This document shows positions 38,858 to 49,528 of a stretch of 64,000 nt of DNA, in pieces. Every line of letters starts with the position of its first letter. The first letter of the stretch is position 1. Made by a program: the position numbers and the translations under genes. This DNA comes from Candidatus Thorarchaeota archaeon. GTDB lineage: Archaea; Asgardarchaeota; Thorarchaeia; Thorarchaeales; Thorarchaeaceae. Below the pieces are notes generated by a model. That model saw only the letters and a program-made list of their open reading frames with translations, was not told the origin of the DNA and ran no database searches. The stretch covers positions 1 through 64,000 of the forward strand of contig RDOC01000001.1 of NCBI GenBank assembly GCA_011364985.1. The letters run 5' to 3'.

Positions 38858-40249
38858 ATGATAGAGAATGCCAGTCGCGATGCTGTAAAAAGAGCCGCTG
38901 CATTATCGGTCCTTGCAGCTTTGTTCCTTGCTCTGGCCAAACTAATAGTGGGTATTCTGTCCAATTCCATAGGCATTATCTCTGAAGCATTGCACAGCGG
39001 ACTGGACTTTGTAGCTGCTGGTATCACATTCATTGCAGTGCGAAGCGCTTCAAAAGAACCAGATGAGGACCATCAATTTGGCCATGGAAAAATCGAAAAC
39101 TTCTCTGCACTTGTTGAAACCATAATTCTATGGATCACCTGTATCTGGATTGCTTGGGAGGCACTAAGGAGGATTCAATTTCAGGAATGGGCAGAGCCAA
39201 CTCTTGTCGGAATTGGGCTGATGGCACTTGGCATCTTGGTCGATTACGAGCGAAGCAGAATGCTGTACAAGACAGCAGTAGAGCACAATAGTCAGGCACT
39301 CGAAGCCGATGCGCTTCATTTCAGTACTGACATGCTTAGTTCTGCGGTTGTTTTGGTCGGTCTTGGATTCGTTTGGTTCGGTTTTCCTTTGGCAGATCCA
39401 TTGGCAGCACTCGGAGTGTGCTTAGTAATTCTCGTCGTCTCATATCGATTGGCCAGACGTGCATTTGATGCCCTCATAGATAGGGCACCAGAAGGTATCT
39501 ACAAGGAAATCCAAGAAGTATGTGAAAGCGTGCCAGGTGTGTTGAATTGCAAGATGGCAAGAACCAGAGTTTCCGGACACCACACTTTCATGAACGTCGT
39601 GATCAGCGTCAGCAGAAATGCCTCCGTCGATGAAGCACATAATATTGCAGACTCCGTCGAATTCGCTCTCTCAAAGCTTGGCACCAATGTTGATGTCATG
39701 GTTCATATCGAGCCATCAGGAAAGAAAGACCAAGCATCAGAAGAGATTAGTGCATATAACATACTGAGGGACTTGGTGAAGCTCCATCCCGAAGTGATTG
39801 GGGTGCATAACATTCGTATTCATGTAAGTCACCAGAAGATGCACATTGCTGCCGATCTGGAAATGCACTCTGCACTCACTTTGGGCGAGGCCCATGACGT
39901 ATCGGACCACATCGAGAAAGGACTCGCCGAGAGAATTCCTAGACTGGAAAAAGTGACCTTTCATCTCGAGGATGGGGAGCCACAAGATCAGATTATTGAC
40001 GTGACAGCGTTGCACAATGAGTTGGCAGAGGAGATCAAGCAGTTAGTGGAGTCCGAAACACCCGCCAGAGATTGTCATGGAGTAGTCATAACGGATGATA
40101 ATACAGGCTTGACAGTTTCACTTGACTGTCGCGTTGATCCTACTATGCCACTTGGAAAAAGCCATAATATTGCCGAGCTTGTTGAATCGACAATAAAGAG
40201 CTCATTCAATAATGTAACCAAAGTCTTTGTTCACATTGAGCCCGAATAA
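38858..40249 (+). CDS. Cation diffusion facilitator (FieF-like) with three C-terminal ZT_dimer domains
   Basis: SEALHSGLD, DEDHQFGHGKIE, ADALHFSTD; three repeats of (E/K)(A/S)HxxAxxVE...H(I/L)E. Confidence 0.92.
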   Translation: MIENASRDAVKRAAALSVLAALFLALAKLIVGILSNSIGIISEALHSGLDFVAAGITFIAVRSASKEPDEDHQFGHGKIENFSALVETIILWITCIWIAWEALRRIQFQEWAEPTLVGIGLMALGILVDYERSRMLYKTAVEHNSQALEADALHFSTDMLSSAVVLVGLGFVWFGFPLADPLAALGVCLVILVVSYRLARRAFDALIDRAPEGIYKEIQEVCESVPGVLNCKMARTRVSGHHTFMNVVISVSRNASVDEAHNIADSVEFALSKLGTNVDVMVHIEPSGKKDQASEEISAYNILRDLVKLHPEVIGVHNIRIHVSHQKMHIAADLEMHSALTLGEAHDVSDHIEKGLAERIPRLEKVTFHLEDGEPQDQIIDVTALHNELAEEIKQLVESETPARDCHGVVITDDNTGLTVSLDCRVDPTMPLGKSHNIAELVESTIKSSFNNVTKVFVHIEPE

Positions 40250-40267
40250 GAAAGAAGATGAGGAGTT

Positions 40268-41074
40268 TCATCCTCTTCTTCTGCGAATGACAAATGCAAG
40301 AATAGCAACCACCACTCCTATTCCTGCAATTGTCGAAATGAGGAGAATTGTTGGAACTTTGGGCATTAGCCAGCTATTCCAAGGATCATTATTGATATCA
40401 ACATCGTAAGAGACCAGTTTATCCCAACGATCGTCCTGCTGGGGATAGTAGTATTGAATTGCCCCAACGTTTGGAGCATACCAAACCCAGAAACTGACAA
40501 ATCCATCGGGTGTGAGTTCCTCCTCGTGAATCATGATGCAATTCTCGAAGGTCCCGGCGGGAGTTGTCACATCTTCAATTGCCTCGATGGTATAGTTGGC
40601 TGAGAATGGCACATCTTGGATGACTGTTCCATCAGCCTTAAGGACAAGAGCACCAATTGTGGATCCATGATGAGCTGCACCAACCTTCACTGGTTCAGTA
40701 ACATAGTTTAGAGGACTGGAACATAGAATCTGGGCATTTGAATCTTCAAAGCCCCACCATAGGAGCGTATCATCGCTCTTTGATAGCCACATCTGAGTGA
40801 CCCATGTGTATTCGGTCTCTCCAGGCAACATGTGAGTCTCGCACCAATGAACCGTGAAGATTCCATATGGTCCGCCCAAGAACTCCCATTCTGGATCTAT
40901 GATGCGTTGGGTCATCCAAGAGCCTTCATCATTGGTCGAGTTGTAGATGAGCGAGCTGCCCGGCGCAAGTGGGAAGTATTGCATTTCAAGAGCTGCAACA
41001 GGTGCTGTTGGTACCGATAAAGCAAGGACCAGCATGAAACTGGCTAGCGACAAAGAGAGAATTCTGTAGTGCAT
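40268..41074 (-). CDS. Exported beta-rich protein (TapB/DUF3108-like) with a C-terminal TM anchor
   Basis: Signal peptide; YFPLAPG; EDVTTPAGTFENC; WYAPNVG; TM plus RRRRG. Confidence 0.7.
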   Translation of the reverse strand: MHYRILSLSLASFMLVLALSVPTAPVAALEMQYFPLAPGSSLIYNSTNDEGSWMTQRIIDPEWEFLGGPYGIFTVHWCETHMLPGETEYTWVTQMWLSKSDDTLLWWGFEDSNAQILCSSPLNYVTEPVKVGAAHHGSTIGALVLKADGTVIQDVPFSANYTIEAIEDVTTPAGTFENCIMIHEEELTPDGFVSFWVWYAPNVGAIQYYYPQQDDRWDKLVSYDVDINNDPWNSWLMPKVPTILLISTIAGIGVVVAILAFVIRRRRG

Positions 41075-41230
41075 CGTTCGTTCACTGAGAATTCGGCGGG
41101 CATCAAAGCCAAGAAAAAGATTAGTCCTACGTATTCTTGGTTTCTTAGAAGAAGGAGTCATCTTGACATTGTCCTCTTGTATGGAGTACCTTCTATCCGT
41201 GCAGATTGCCACAAAGACGATAAGTCAGGA

Positions 41231-42331
41231 CTACTTCTCTAGATCATCAAGCCAAGTCGCAGTTTTGTCTACCGCACGTGAGATAATGCGACCGGCATCT
41301 CTTGGATTCTTTGCCTGATGGTACTTGAAGAGGAATCGTCCATTCATGATTCCCAAAATCTCGATCTTCCCGGACTCATGAGACATTATGAATCTGAATC
41401 TCTTGCTATGTCCATGGAGATGCTTCTTTGCCTCTTCAACTATTCTATACCCCATGTAAAGGGGAACTTGAAAGGTCGCTTTGACTCTGGCAACAGGACG
41501 ACACTGAAATACGTAGTAGGGGTTCACTCCTATTCTTACAAGAGTGTTCTGTAGATTTGCCAACACCTCAGCATCATCATTCACGCCTTTTAGGAGGACA
41601 GTCTGGTTATTTACGGCTAGACCGGAGGCCATCAGTCCTTCAATTGCTTGAATTGACTCTTCAGTTATTTCCCTAGGATGATTATATTGTGTTACAATGA
41701 AAAGCCGTCTGTCTGTCCTGGAGTGTTCTTTCAGTACTTCCAGCAGCTTGTCATCATCCAGTATTCTCCCTGGGAAGGTAACAGGCACCCTCGTTCCGAA
41801 TCTAATGAAATCTAGGTGTGCGACGCTTGAGAATGCTTCAAGCAGCTCTGCGATCCGATTCGTGTTCAAGGTAAAAGGATCTCCCCCGGTTATCAGAACG
41901 TTGTTTATCTCTTGGTGAGCTGAGATGTATTCTACAGCCGCGTCCAAATTCCTCAGTATCTCTTGACTGGGCAAACCGACCAGCCTTTTTCTGAAGCAAT
42001 ACCGGCAGTAGGTCGCACACTCAGCAGTAGCCAAGATCACTGCGGTTTGGCTATACTTGTGTTGTATTCCTGGCAAGATGGTATTAGAAACTTCACCGCT
42101 AGTGTCATAGGAACCATCTACACTTAGCTCGCCTTCAGTGGGAAGGGTCATTTTTCTAATTGGGTCCTCTGGATCGTTTTCATCGATTAGAGAGAGATAG
42201 TACTCGGACACTTTGATTGGATGAATCTCACTTAGCCGATTCAGCATTTCTTCCTCGGGTTCGCTAAGGGAAACTATTTCTCCTAATTCATCAACACTGG
42301 TCACGATTCCGTTTGAACCGAGTTCATTCAA
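41231..42331 (-). CDS. KamA-family radical SAM protein (lysine 2,3-aminomutase-like)
   Basis: GIQHKY, CATYCRYCFRKR, TGGDP, RFGTR, NHPREIT, NQTVLLKGVND, GKI. Confidence 0.9.
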   Translation of the reverse strand: MNELGSNGIVTSVDELGEIVSLSEPEEEMLNRLSEIHPIKVSEYYLSLIDENDPEDPIRKMTLPTEGELSVDGSYDTSGEVSNTILPGIQHKYSQTAVILATAECATYCRYCFRKRLVGLPSQEILRNLDAAVEYISAHQEINNVLITGGDPFTLNTNRIAELLEAFSSVAHLDFIRFGTRVPVTFPGRILDDDKLLEVLKEHSRTDRRLFIVTQYNHPREITEESIQAIEGLMASGLAVNNQTVLLKGVNDDAEVLANLQNTLVRIGVNPYYVFQCRPVARVKATFQVPLYMGYRIVEEAKKHLHGHSKRFRFIMSHESGKIEILGIMNGRFLFKYHQAKNPRDAGRIISRAVDKTATWLDDLEK

Positions 42332-42543
42332 GGACTCACATCCCTACGATCGAGAGTAGGTGGCTCCTGTGCTGTGGTCATTCTTGACATGATTTCCATA
42401 TTACGCTCTAGGTCATACCACTCACTGATTGGAATCATTGCCGCTAGGCGTTTCCTATCATCTTTGAGTGAGGAATCCTCTTTCTCATTATTCTTGTCTT
42501 CTCTCATATTCTCATCTCTTTGGCAGTAGATATTCGACATCAC
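42328..42543 (-). CDS. Small hypothetical protein coupled to the KamA-like gene
   Basis: 4-nt start/stop overlap with the downstream gene; charged N-terminus. Confidence 0.45.
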   Translation of the reverse strand: MMSNIYCQRDENMREDKNNEKEDSSLKDDRKRLAAMIPISEWYDLERNMEIMSRMTTAQEPPTLDRRDVSP

Positions 42544-42907
42544 ATGGTCAAGTAGGACGATTTGTTCTGCCGATTCTGCTAGTTCAATGTGCTCAGACTT
42601 TGGAGCTAGGCTCAGAGCTTTCTCATGCTCAACCCGTAACTCAGGTTATTCCTACTTATCGTCAGTCTATTATATTCAATGACGAAATATAGCTTAAAAA
42701 CTCTCCGTATCTATTAAAGACTCACAGCAGCAGCAATCAACCTGTCTGACGTCAATTGCAGGCTTCAATTAGATATAGCGATAAACGATGCATTTCTCCA
42801 CATTATCAGAGAGTATTGCATTTGCCACCAAAAATGATTCCGTGAAAGAATGACATCGGTAACTTGTTAATGACGATTGTGATGGTAGTATATAGGATGG
42901 AGGCGCA

Positions 42908-43359
42908 TTGACTAGTTGCGATGAATGTTTGAAAAAAGGATCTGTGGCAAGACCGGCGCAAACGTATCCGTGCGCTCTCTGTGGTCAGCACCGCTGTACA
43001 ATTCACGCTGCTTGGGTTCCAGCTTATTTTTTCCAAAGTCCCACTGATTCTGTTGAGGCAGTACTCAGAGTACTCAAAGGTGAAGCAGAAAAGGGGTAGT
43101 ACGCTTTTTGTGGTAGGCCCTCGCATATGCCTTGAGGAGTACTAATTCGACACGGAAGAGAGAGGAAAGGAGGAAAATCGTAGAGGCAATCCCAAACTAT
43201 GAGCGGAAGGAGGGATTCGAGGAGTTTGAGATGTGGGAGATTGGAATTGTTGAAGATGGCTTTGAAGGAAGATGGAAGAAGACTCGCTATGAAATATCAT
43301 GCGAGCTTGCTCCTGTAATCTCATTGGCAGATAGTCTCCAGCGCAAGAGGAAAATATAG
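42908..43359 (+). pseudogene. Zinc-finger protein (CxxC...CxxC...CxxH), disrupted
   Basis: GGAGG RBS. The frame continues through TAG 43097 and TGA 43133 (KG*YAFCGRPSHMP*GVLIRHG), then a frameshift near 43175 joins IVEAIPNY...KRKI. Confidence 0.6.
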
Positions 43360-44488
43360 TCCTCATTCCTTGACAGCCTTCACTCCATGGTTTTTCAGAC
43401 ACTGGCTTCAAAGAAGGTTACCTTGTTTCCTGCATCGAAGGAGGATTTGATGATTGGACTAGGAAAATCACTATTCTTGAGCGAGGCTTGCAGTTTCATT
43501 TATTCGCGTTGTGGAGTAGTGGCCTGCACTAACACGTTGGAGCCATTCTATAATAGAGAAGTCCTCAATAGCCTGATGAATAAACTAGATTCAGTGATAT
43601 CAATGTGATTACTCAAAGCAGAGAAGGCGATGACGCATGGCCACACCTGATGCCCTCCAGTGCGTAAAGCTGTTCACTCCCTATGGTTTGAATAGATTTA
43701 GCCGGCGTGTAATAGTTGACTATGGGCTACTATAAACGCCTCCAATTTCAAGCGGTCTTCGATGGGTTTTGACCATCTTTGGAAGTGAACCTGTATGCAA
43801 TAGGATTGGGTATGTTCCAGTACTTGCTTATCTGAAAGGAAGGGAAATGGACACATTGGAATTCGCTTTCGTGTGGTCTGATTACTATCATTATAGGACA
43901 GCACACAAAAGTCGCGAAACGGAAGGTCTATGGCAAGAAGGAAAAGGAGCTAGGTTCGTTGTGATGCATCTTTGGCACATATTATCGGAACGATCCCGAA
44001 CAAACACTTGGCTTAGTATCCACACCTGATTGCTTTCTCGACCTATTCACCAATCATTTCTATGATCACAATTACTCAGCATAGGTTCGGGTCTTAGACT
44101 GTAATGTTCACACGGTTCTTCGTCCTTGGTTGAGCAATCGTTGCACAGATGCTATTAGCAGAAGTCCTCTCTAATCCTAGAATGCTTGTGAGTGACAAGT
44201 GCCTTTCCAAGAATGTGCATTTGAACGATTGGTAATTCCTGAAACTCTGAAACCTCTTTAACGAAGATACAAAGCTTGTCATAAGAACAAAGCCACATAA
44301 CCCATTCGAAAACTACCCTGAAGAAGCAAGAATCTCTCAAGGCAACGGATTAGTCCATAGCAAGAAGCTCAAAAAGGGATTTTGTGGAATGAAGTTATAC
44401 TGGGACCATATCCTACCATTCTACTGCCGGCAAGGGTTGTAGAACGGGGATCAAATCCGAGGATTCCTTCACATATTCTCGGTGCGGG

Positions 44489-47400
44489 GTGCACAAGTTG
44501 CAAGAAGATGATTTGTGGAGCAAGGTACAAAGCAGTGAATTTGCTGAACTAATCACAGATGGAATCCTTTTTCTGGACCAATCACAGAAAATCGTTTATT
44601 CAAATCCCAATTTCGCGGTCATGATAGGACGGTCCCTTGAACACATTGTTGGAAAGAGGATAGATGAATTCATTCAGCCAGGAACAGAAAAGACCCTTGC
44701 TGCACTTATTCTTTCAACATCAATCAAAGAATCTGAAGGCGAACTTCTAACATGGATTCGAGCTGATGGGAAAACTACTCAGACAATCGCCAGATCGCTT
44801 CTAATCAAGACCCAAAGTGACACCGGCGCTAGTGTCTTCATGGTGATGCAAGAAGTACCTACTCTCAGCAACATCCGATACACAGAAGCCGATGATTTCT
44901 ATGTGAGAGCAATGGACATGTCGCCAGACATGATTCTGACACTGGATAAAAGTGGAACAATAACGTACTGCAATGATGCAGCCATTCAACAGACTGGATA
45001 CGCCAGAAAGGAAATAGTTGGCAGGAGATTTACACTACTTGGCGTCTTGAAACTGGGGAATATGTCAAACTACCTTAAGGTCTTCTCTGGAGTTCTACGA
45101 GGGGAAGTACCAGAACCCTTTGAGTTGCAATGGCAACAAAAAGATGGAGGTCTATTTCATTCCGAGGTTATCGTTTCTCCTCTGAAGAAAGAGGAAAAAA
45201 TAGCCGGAGTTATTGCCATTGCAAGAAACATCACTGAACGGAAACAGGCAGAGCAAGCACTCGCTGAGAGCGAAGAGCGATTTCGACTTCTCTATGAGAA
45301 TCTATCAGACGGAGTATTTCGTAGTGACCTTCAAGGTATAATAACCATGTGCAGCCCAAAAGGAGCTCAACTCTTTGGCTACACCTGTGAAGAGCTACTG
45401 GGCACGAACTTCGTTCAGCTCCTCCATCCGGATGACGCTGAATTCATCGTTCAGACATATAACAGGAGCTTTGAGGAATTGGAAACTGTGCCTGGAGGGA
45501 TTGAGGCGAGGGGAACCAGAAAAGATGGTTTGACAATCTACTTCCACATCACAAACACGATTCTCATGGAGGAAGGCAAGCCAATCGGTTATCAATCGCT
45601 CATAAGAGATGTCACAGATCGTCGCATCGCTGAGGAAGTAATTCGTGCATCCGAACAGAAGTATAGAGACTTATTCACGCATTCGCCAGTGTCAATTTGG
45701 GAAGAGGACTTCTCTGAGATAGGAATGTGGCTGCACGGTCTGAAGGAAAGAGGGATTAGTAATCTTGAGGGATACTTGGGAGAGAATCCCGAAGAACTTC
45801 GAAAAGCGTTCTCATTGCTTAAACTCAAGAATATGAACGATGCTGCCATGGAAATGTGCAAGGCTGATAGCAGAGAGCAACTTATCGGGAATACAGACAA
45901 GGTGTTTCTGGAGGAAACGTTTGAAGGATTCAAACGGGAGCTTCTCGCGATTTGGAATGGGCATCCAGATAGCATGGTATTTGAAAGTACTGCAATGGAT
46001 TTACATGGAAACCGATTGGCCACACAAATCACTTGGAAGGTACCAATATCGCAGGGCGCCATGGATCTTTCTGGAGTAATTGTCGTAATTGCAGACATAA
46101 CAGACAGAGTGCGTGCAGAGGACGAACTTCGAAAATCCGAGGAACGGTACAGAACAATCATTCAATCTCTGGAAGATGTTGTGTTTGTCTATGATTCTCA
46201 CAACAAGTATGCACAGGTATATGTGTCTGAGAGAAGTCTGGCCCTCGAACCTGCAGAAGAACTTCTTGGAAGGCCCATTGAGGAAGTTCTGCCTCCTGAT
46301 ATAGCAGAGATGCACACGGAGGCCTTTACGCGGGTTCGCCAATCAGGATCAGGAGAGCATATTGATTACGCACTTCAAATCGAAGGTGCACTTCATTGGT
46401 TTTCGGCGGCCTTGACCCTTCATGAAGACGGTATCAGCATTGTATCGCTTGTGAGGAACATCACAGCGAGAAAGGAAACAGAACAGGAACTTCGAGAGAA
46501 CGAAGAACGCTTTACGCTGTTTGCAGACAATATCCCAGGTCCTGTTTTCATCAAGGATAACGAATCAAACATGCTCTATATCAATAAATACATGAAGGAA
46601 ACTATTGGAATAGAGGATGGAATAGGGAAGAACACTGCCGAAGTCTTTCCATATAACATTGCTGAAGCAATGATTAATGACGATAGGCGGGCAATGAATG
46701 AGGGACCGATTCACATAACTCAATTCATTCCTGATCGAAATGGCGAAACGCACGTTTACCAAACCTCAAAGTTTCCAATACGCAGAGAGAATAAGGCAGA
46801 CCTCCTGGGAGGAATTGCCCTCGATGTCACTGAAAAGACAAAAGCAGAGGAAGCAATTAAGGAGTCAGAAAAGAAGTATCGCAGACTTTACGAGAGCATG
46901 GAAGACGGATTTGTAGGGGCAGACAATGATGGCAACTATATCGAGTTCAACCAGGCATATCTTGAGCTCTCTGGATATGAAGAGAATGAACTCAGAAATC
47001 TCAGCTGTTGGGATCTCACACCGACCAGATGGCATGAAATGGAAGAGAGAATCAACATAGACCAAGTTCTGGTTCGAGGGTATTCCGATCTCTATGAGAA
47101 GGAACTACGCCGAAAGGATGGAACTATTGTCCCTATTGAGATACGGGTGTATCTTTTAAAGAATGAAGATGGCAGACCAACAGGAACCTGGGCAATCGTT
47201 CGTGATATTTCACTAAGAAAGCGTGCTGAAGAACAACTCCGAGAAGAACGTGATACAGCTCAGCGTTATCTCGATATTGCTGGTGCAGCAATCATTGTGA
47301 TTGATGTAGATGGACGGATCCATCTCATGAATAGGAAGGGACTAGAGACCATAGGTTATGAGAATGAGGAGGTGCTTGGTAGAAACTGGATCGACCTTGT

Positions 47401-49456
47401 CATTCCCCGAAATGAATCGGAAACAGCGACAGAACTCTTTCATGAAATTCTCAAGGATGATAGTCCTGATGAGGGAGGCTTCAAGATAGCTATTATCACA
47501 AAAACTGGCGAGGAACGGATAATCTCATGGAGATACCGCGTGCTACGAAACGATTTTGGAAATGCAATTGGTCTGCTAGCCTCTGGAGAGGATATAACAC
47601 AGGCCACAATTGCTGAAGCAGCACTACGCAATTCTGAAGCAAAATACAAGCAATTGGTAGAACAGTATACGCAAGGAGTAGCGATTATAGCCATACCTCT
47701 CAGAATCGCCTTTGCGAATAGGGCAATTGGCGGATTCCTAGACTGTACTCCCGAAGAACTAATGTCGCTGTCATCAGAGGAGATAAGGGACCTAGTTCAT
47801 CCGGAAGACCTTCCTGACATGTTGAATAGACTCACGGAACTTATGAATGGAAGACAACCAGAAGAAATCCCTGCTGTTATGAGAGTCATAAGGCAGAATG
47901 GAGAAGTCAGATGGCTGGAGATCCTCGGACGGCGAGTAGAGTACGAGGGACAGTATGCAGTACAAATCGCTGCGAACGACTCCACTGAGCGAATCAAGGC
48001 TACTGAGAGGCTTCGAGAATCCGAAGAGAGGTATAGAAGGCTGTCCGATGAATCAATACAGGCGCTAGCAATACTCCAAGATGGAAGATACGTCTATGCA
48101 AACCCTGCATTTGCATCGATTGTAGGGTATTCTCTTGAGGAAATTCTGGATTTTTCCTCTGATGAAGTATGGAATTTGGTGTACCCTGAGGACAGGGCTG
48201 AATTGGATAGAAGAAATGAAGAGATGTGGAAGGGAGGGTCTGTGACACCCAGACATAGATTCCGCTATGTCAGAAAGGATGGAGCTGTACGATGGGTTGA
48301 GTCCTTCGTAAAGACGATTGAATATGAAGGTCGTCGTGCATTTCAGATTCTTGAAATTGACATAACTGCTCGGATGGAGTCCGAAAAGGCTCTGCGAGAC
48401 AGTGAAGCAAAATATAGGAAACTTGTTGAGCATGCAACCCTCGGTATAATGATTGTAAGAGTAAGTCCGATTGAAATCGCCTTTGCAAACGATGCTTTTC
48501 TAGAAATAATCGGTTCTTCCCGCGATGAACTTCTATCTCTCTCAGAAGAGCAAATCGGAAATCTAATTCATCCTGATGACTATGAAAGACTGCCCATGCT
48601 AATGGCAGATATCCTAGAGGAGTCAACTCAAATGGACTTGCCCCTCATCCTAAGGGTAATCAGAAATGACGGGAAAATGCGGTGGGTTGAGCTTCGAGGA
48701 AGCAAAGTGGAATTTGAAGATGAACCGGCTATTCAAGCCACCGTAGTGGATATCACCGAACGTATCACGGCTGAAACAGAACGTCAAAAGGCAGAAGATG
48801 ATTTGAAAGCTGCAGCAGACACCGCCATGCTGTACCTAGACCTTCTCGGGCATGATATGAGAAACCGACTTCAAGCGATTCAAATTGCCACAGAGCTCTT
48901 GCAGTTCGACGAATCGCGTCCCGAAGCACTCCGAACGATTGAAAAGGTACTGGATCTCGTTCAATCCTCGGAAGCGTTAATTAACAAGGCGCACGCCACA
49001 AGAGGCCTTCTTTCGGCACCTTTGGAAGATGTGTCGTTGCTTCGGACACTAAAGGATACCTTGACAACTGTGGAAACGCGATTTGATGATGTTGACATTG
49101 ACGCAAAGTACAATGTGGACCAAGCGCATATTATGGCAGATGAGTACTTGAGTCACCTATTGTTAAATGTCTTAGAGAATGCAGTTATTCACAACCAGAC
49201 CACGGAAAAACGAATGTGGATTACTCTTACAGAGAAGCGCGGCGGATTTGAGCTATCAGTGGCCGACAATGGCGAAGGAATTGAAGATTCGCGAAAGAGT
49301 AGCCTCTTTGACCAAGATCGCAGATTTGGTGGTTTGGGACTTCATCAAAGCCAGAGAATCATCTCAAAGTATGGCGGCACGATAGAGGTTGGAGACCGAG
49401 TGCTAGGAAATAGCCGTAAGGGAGCAAAAGTGGCTCTTTGGTTCCCCAAAGCATAG
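44489..49456 (+). CDS. Cytoplasmic histidine kinase with about 11 tandem PAS domains
   Basis: Repeated SEE(R/K)(Y/F)R...(R/A)DIT linkers; H-box LYLDLLGHDMRNRLQ; NVLENA, DNGEG, RRFGGLGL; no TM helix. Confidence 0.93.
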   Translation: MHKLQEDDLWSKVQSSEFAELITDGILFLDQSQKIVYSNPNFAVMIGRSLEHIVGKRIDEFIQPGTEKTLAALILSTSIKESEGELLTWIRADGKTTQTIARSLLIKTQSDTGASVFMVMQEVPTLSNIRYTEADDFYVRAMDMSPDMILTLDKSGTITYCNDAAIQQTGYARKEIVGRRFTLLGVLKLGNMSNYLKVFSGVLRGEVPEPFELQWQQKDGGLFHSEVIVSPLKKEEKIAGVIAIARNITERKQAEQALAESEERFRLLYENLSDGVFRSDLQGIITMCSPKGAQLFGYTCEELLGTNFVQLLHPDDAEFIVQTYNRSFEELETVPGGIEARGTRKDGLTIYFHITNTILMEEGKPIGYQSLIRDVTDRRIAEEVIRASEQKYRDLFTHSPVSIWEEDFSEIGMWLHGLKERGISNLEGYLGENPEELRKAFSLLKLKNMNDAAMEMCKADSREQLIGNTDKVFLEETFEGFKRELLAIWNGHPDSMVFESTAMDLHGNRLATQITWKVPISQGAMDLSGVIVVIADITDRVRAEDELRKSEERYRTIIQSLEDVVFVYDSHNKYAQVYVSERSLALEPAEELLGRPIEEVLPPDIAEMHTEAFTRVRQSGSGEHIDYALQIEGALHWFSAALTLHEDGISIVSLVRNITARKETEQELRENEERFTLFADNIPGPVFIKDNESNMLYINKYMKETIGIEDGIGKNTAEVFPYNIAEAMINDDRRAMNEGPIHITQFIPDRNGETHVYQTSKFPIRRENKADLLGGIALDVTEKTKAEEAIKESEKKYRRLYESMEDGFVGADNDGNYIEFNQAYLELSGYEENELRNLSCWDLTPTRWHEMEERINIDQVLVRGYSDLYEKELRRKDGTIVPIEIRVYLLKNEDGRPTGTWAIVRDISLRKRAEEQLREERDTAQRYLDIAGAAIIVIDVDGRIHLMNRKGLETIGYENEEVLGRNWIDLVIPRNESETATELFHEILKDDSPDEGGFKIAIITKTGEERIISWRYRVLRNDFGNAIGLLASGEDITQATIAEAALRNSEAKYKQLVEQYTQGVAIIAIPLRIAFANRAIGGFLDCTPEELMSLSSEEIRDLVHPEDLPDMLNRLTELMNGRQPEEIPAVMRVIRQNGEVRWLEILGRRVEYEGQYAVQIAANDSTERIKATERLRESEERYRRLSDESIQALAILQDGRYVYANPAFASIVGYSLEEILDFSSDEVWNLVYPEDRAELDRRNEEMWKGGSVTPRHRFRYVRKDGAVRWVESFVKTIEYEGRRAFQILEIDITARMESEKALRDSEAKYRKLVEHATLGIMIVRVSPIEIAFANDAFLEIIGSSRDELLSLSEEQIGNLIHPDDYERLPMLMADILEESTQMDLPLILRVIRNDGKMRWVELRGSKVEFEDEPAIQATVVDITERITAETERQKAEDDLKAAADTAMLYLDLLGHDMRNRLQAIQIATELLQFDESRPEALRTIEKVLDLVQSSEALINKAHATRGLLSAPLEDVSLLRTLKDTLTTVETRFDDVDIDAKYNVDQAHIMADEYLSHLLLNVLENAVIHNQTTEKRMWITLTEKRGGFELSVADNGEGIEDSRKSSLFDQDRRFGGLGLHQSQRIISKYGGTIEVGDRVLGNSRKGAKVALWFPKA

Positions 49457-49528
49457 TCATTGTTAGTATTGCATTCAAAACAACAATCCATAGGATAAGT
49501 TATTCTATTATCACTTCTACAAGCCCGT

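Noticed and set aside
43097-43135. TAG/TGA readthrough (Pyl/Sec) in the Zn-finger gene
   Set aside because: An additional frameshift is needed and the stops align best with Trp/Arg, so a pseudogene is simpler.
43360-44480. Short ORFs or ncRNA upstream of the 11-PAS kinase
   Set aside because: Fragmentary frames with no recognisable family or RNA structure; probably decayed sequence.
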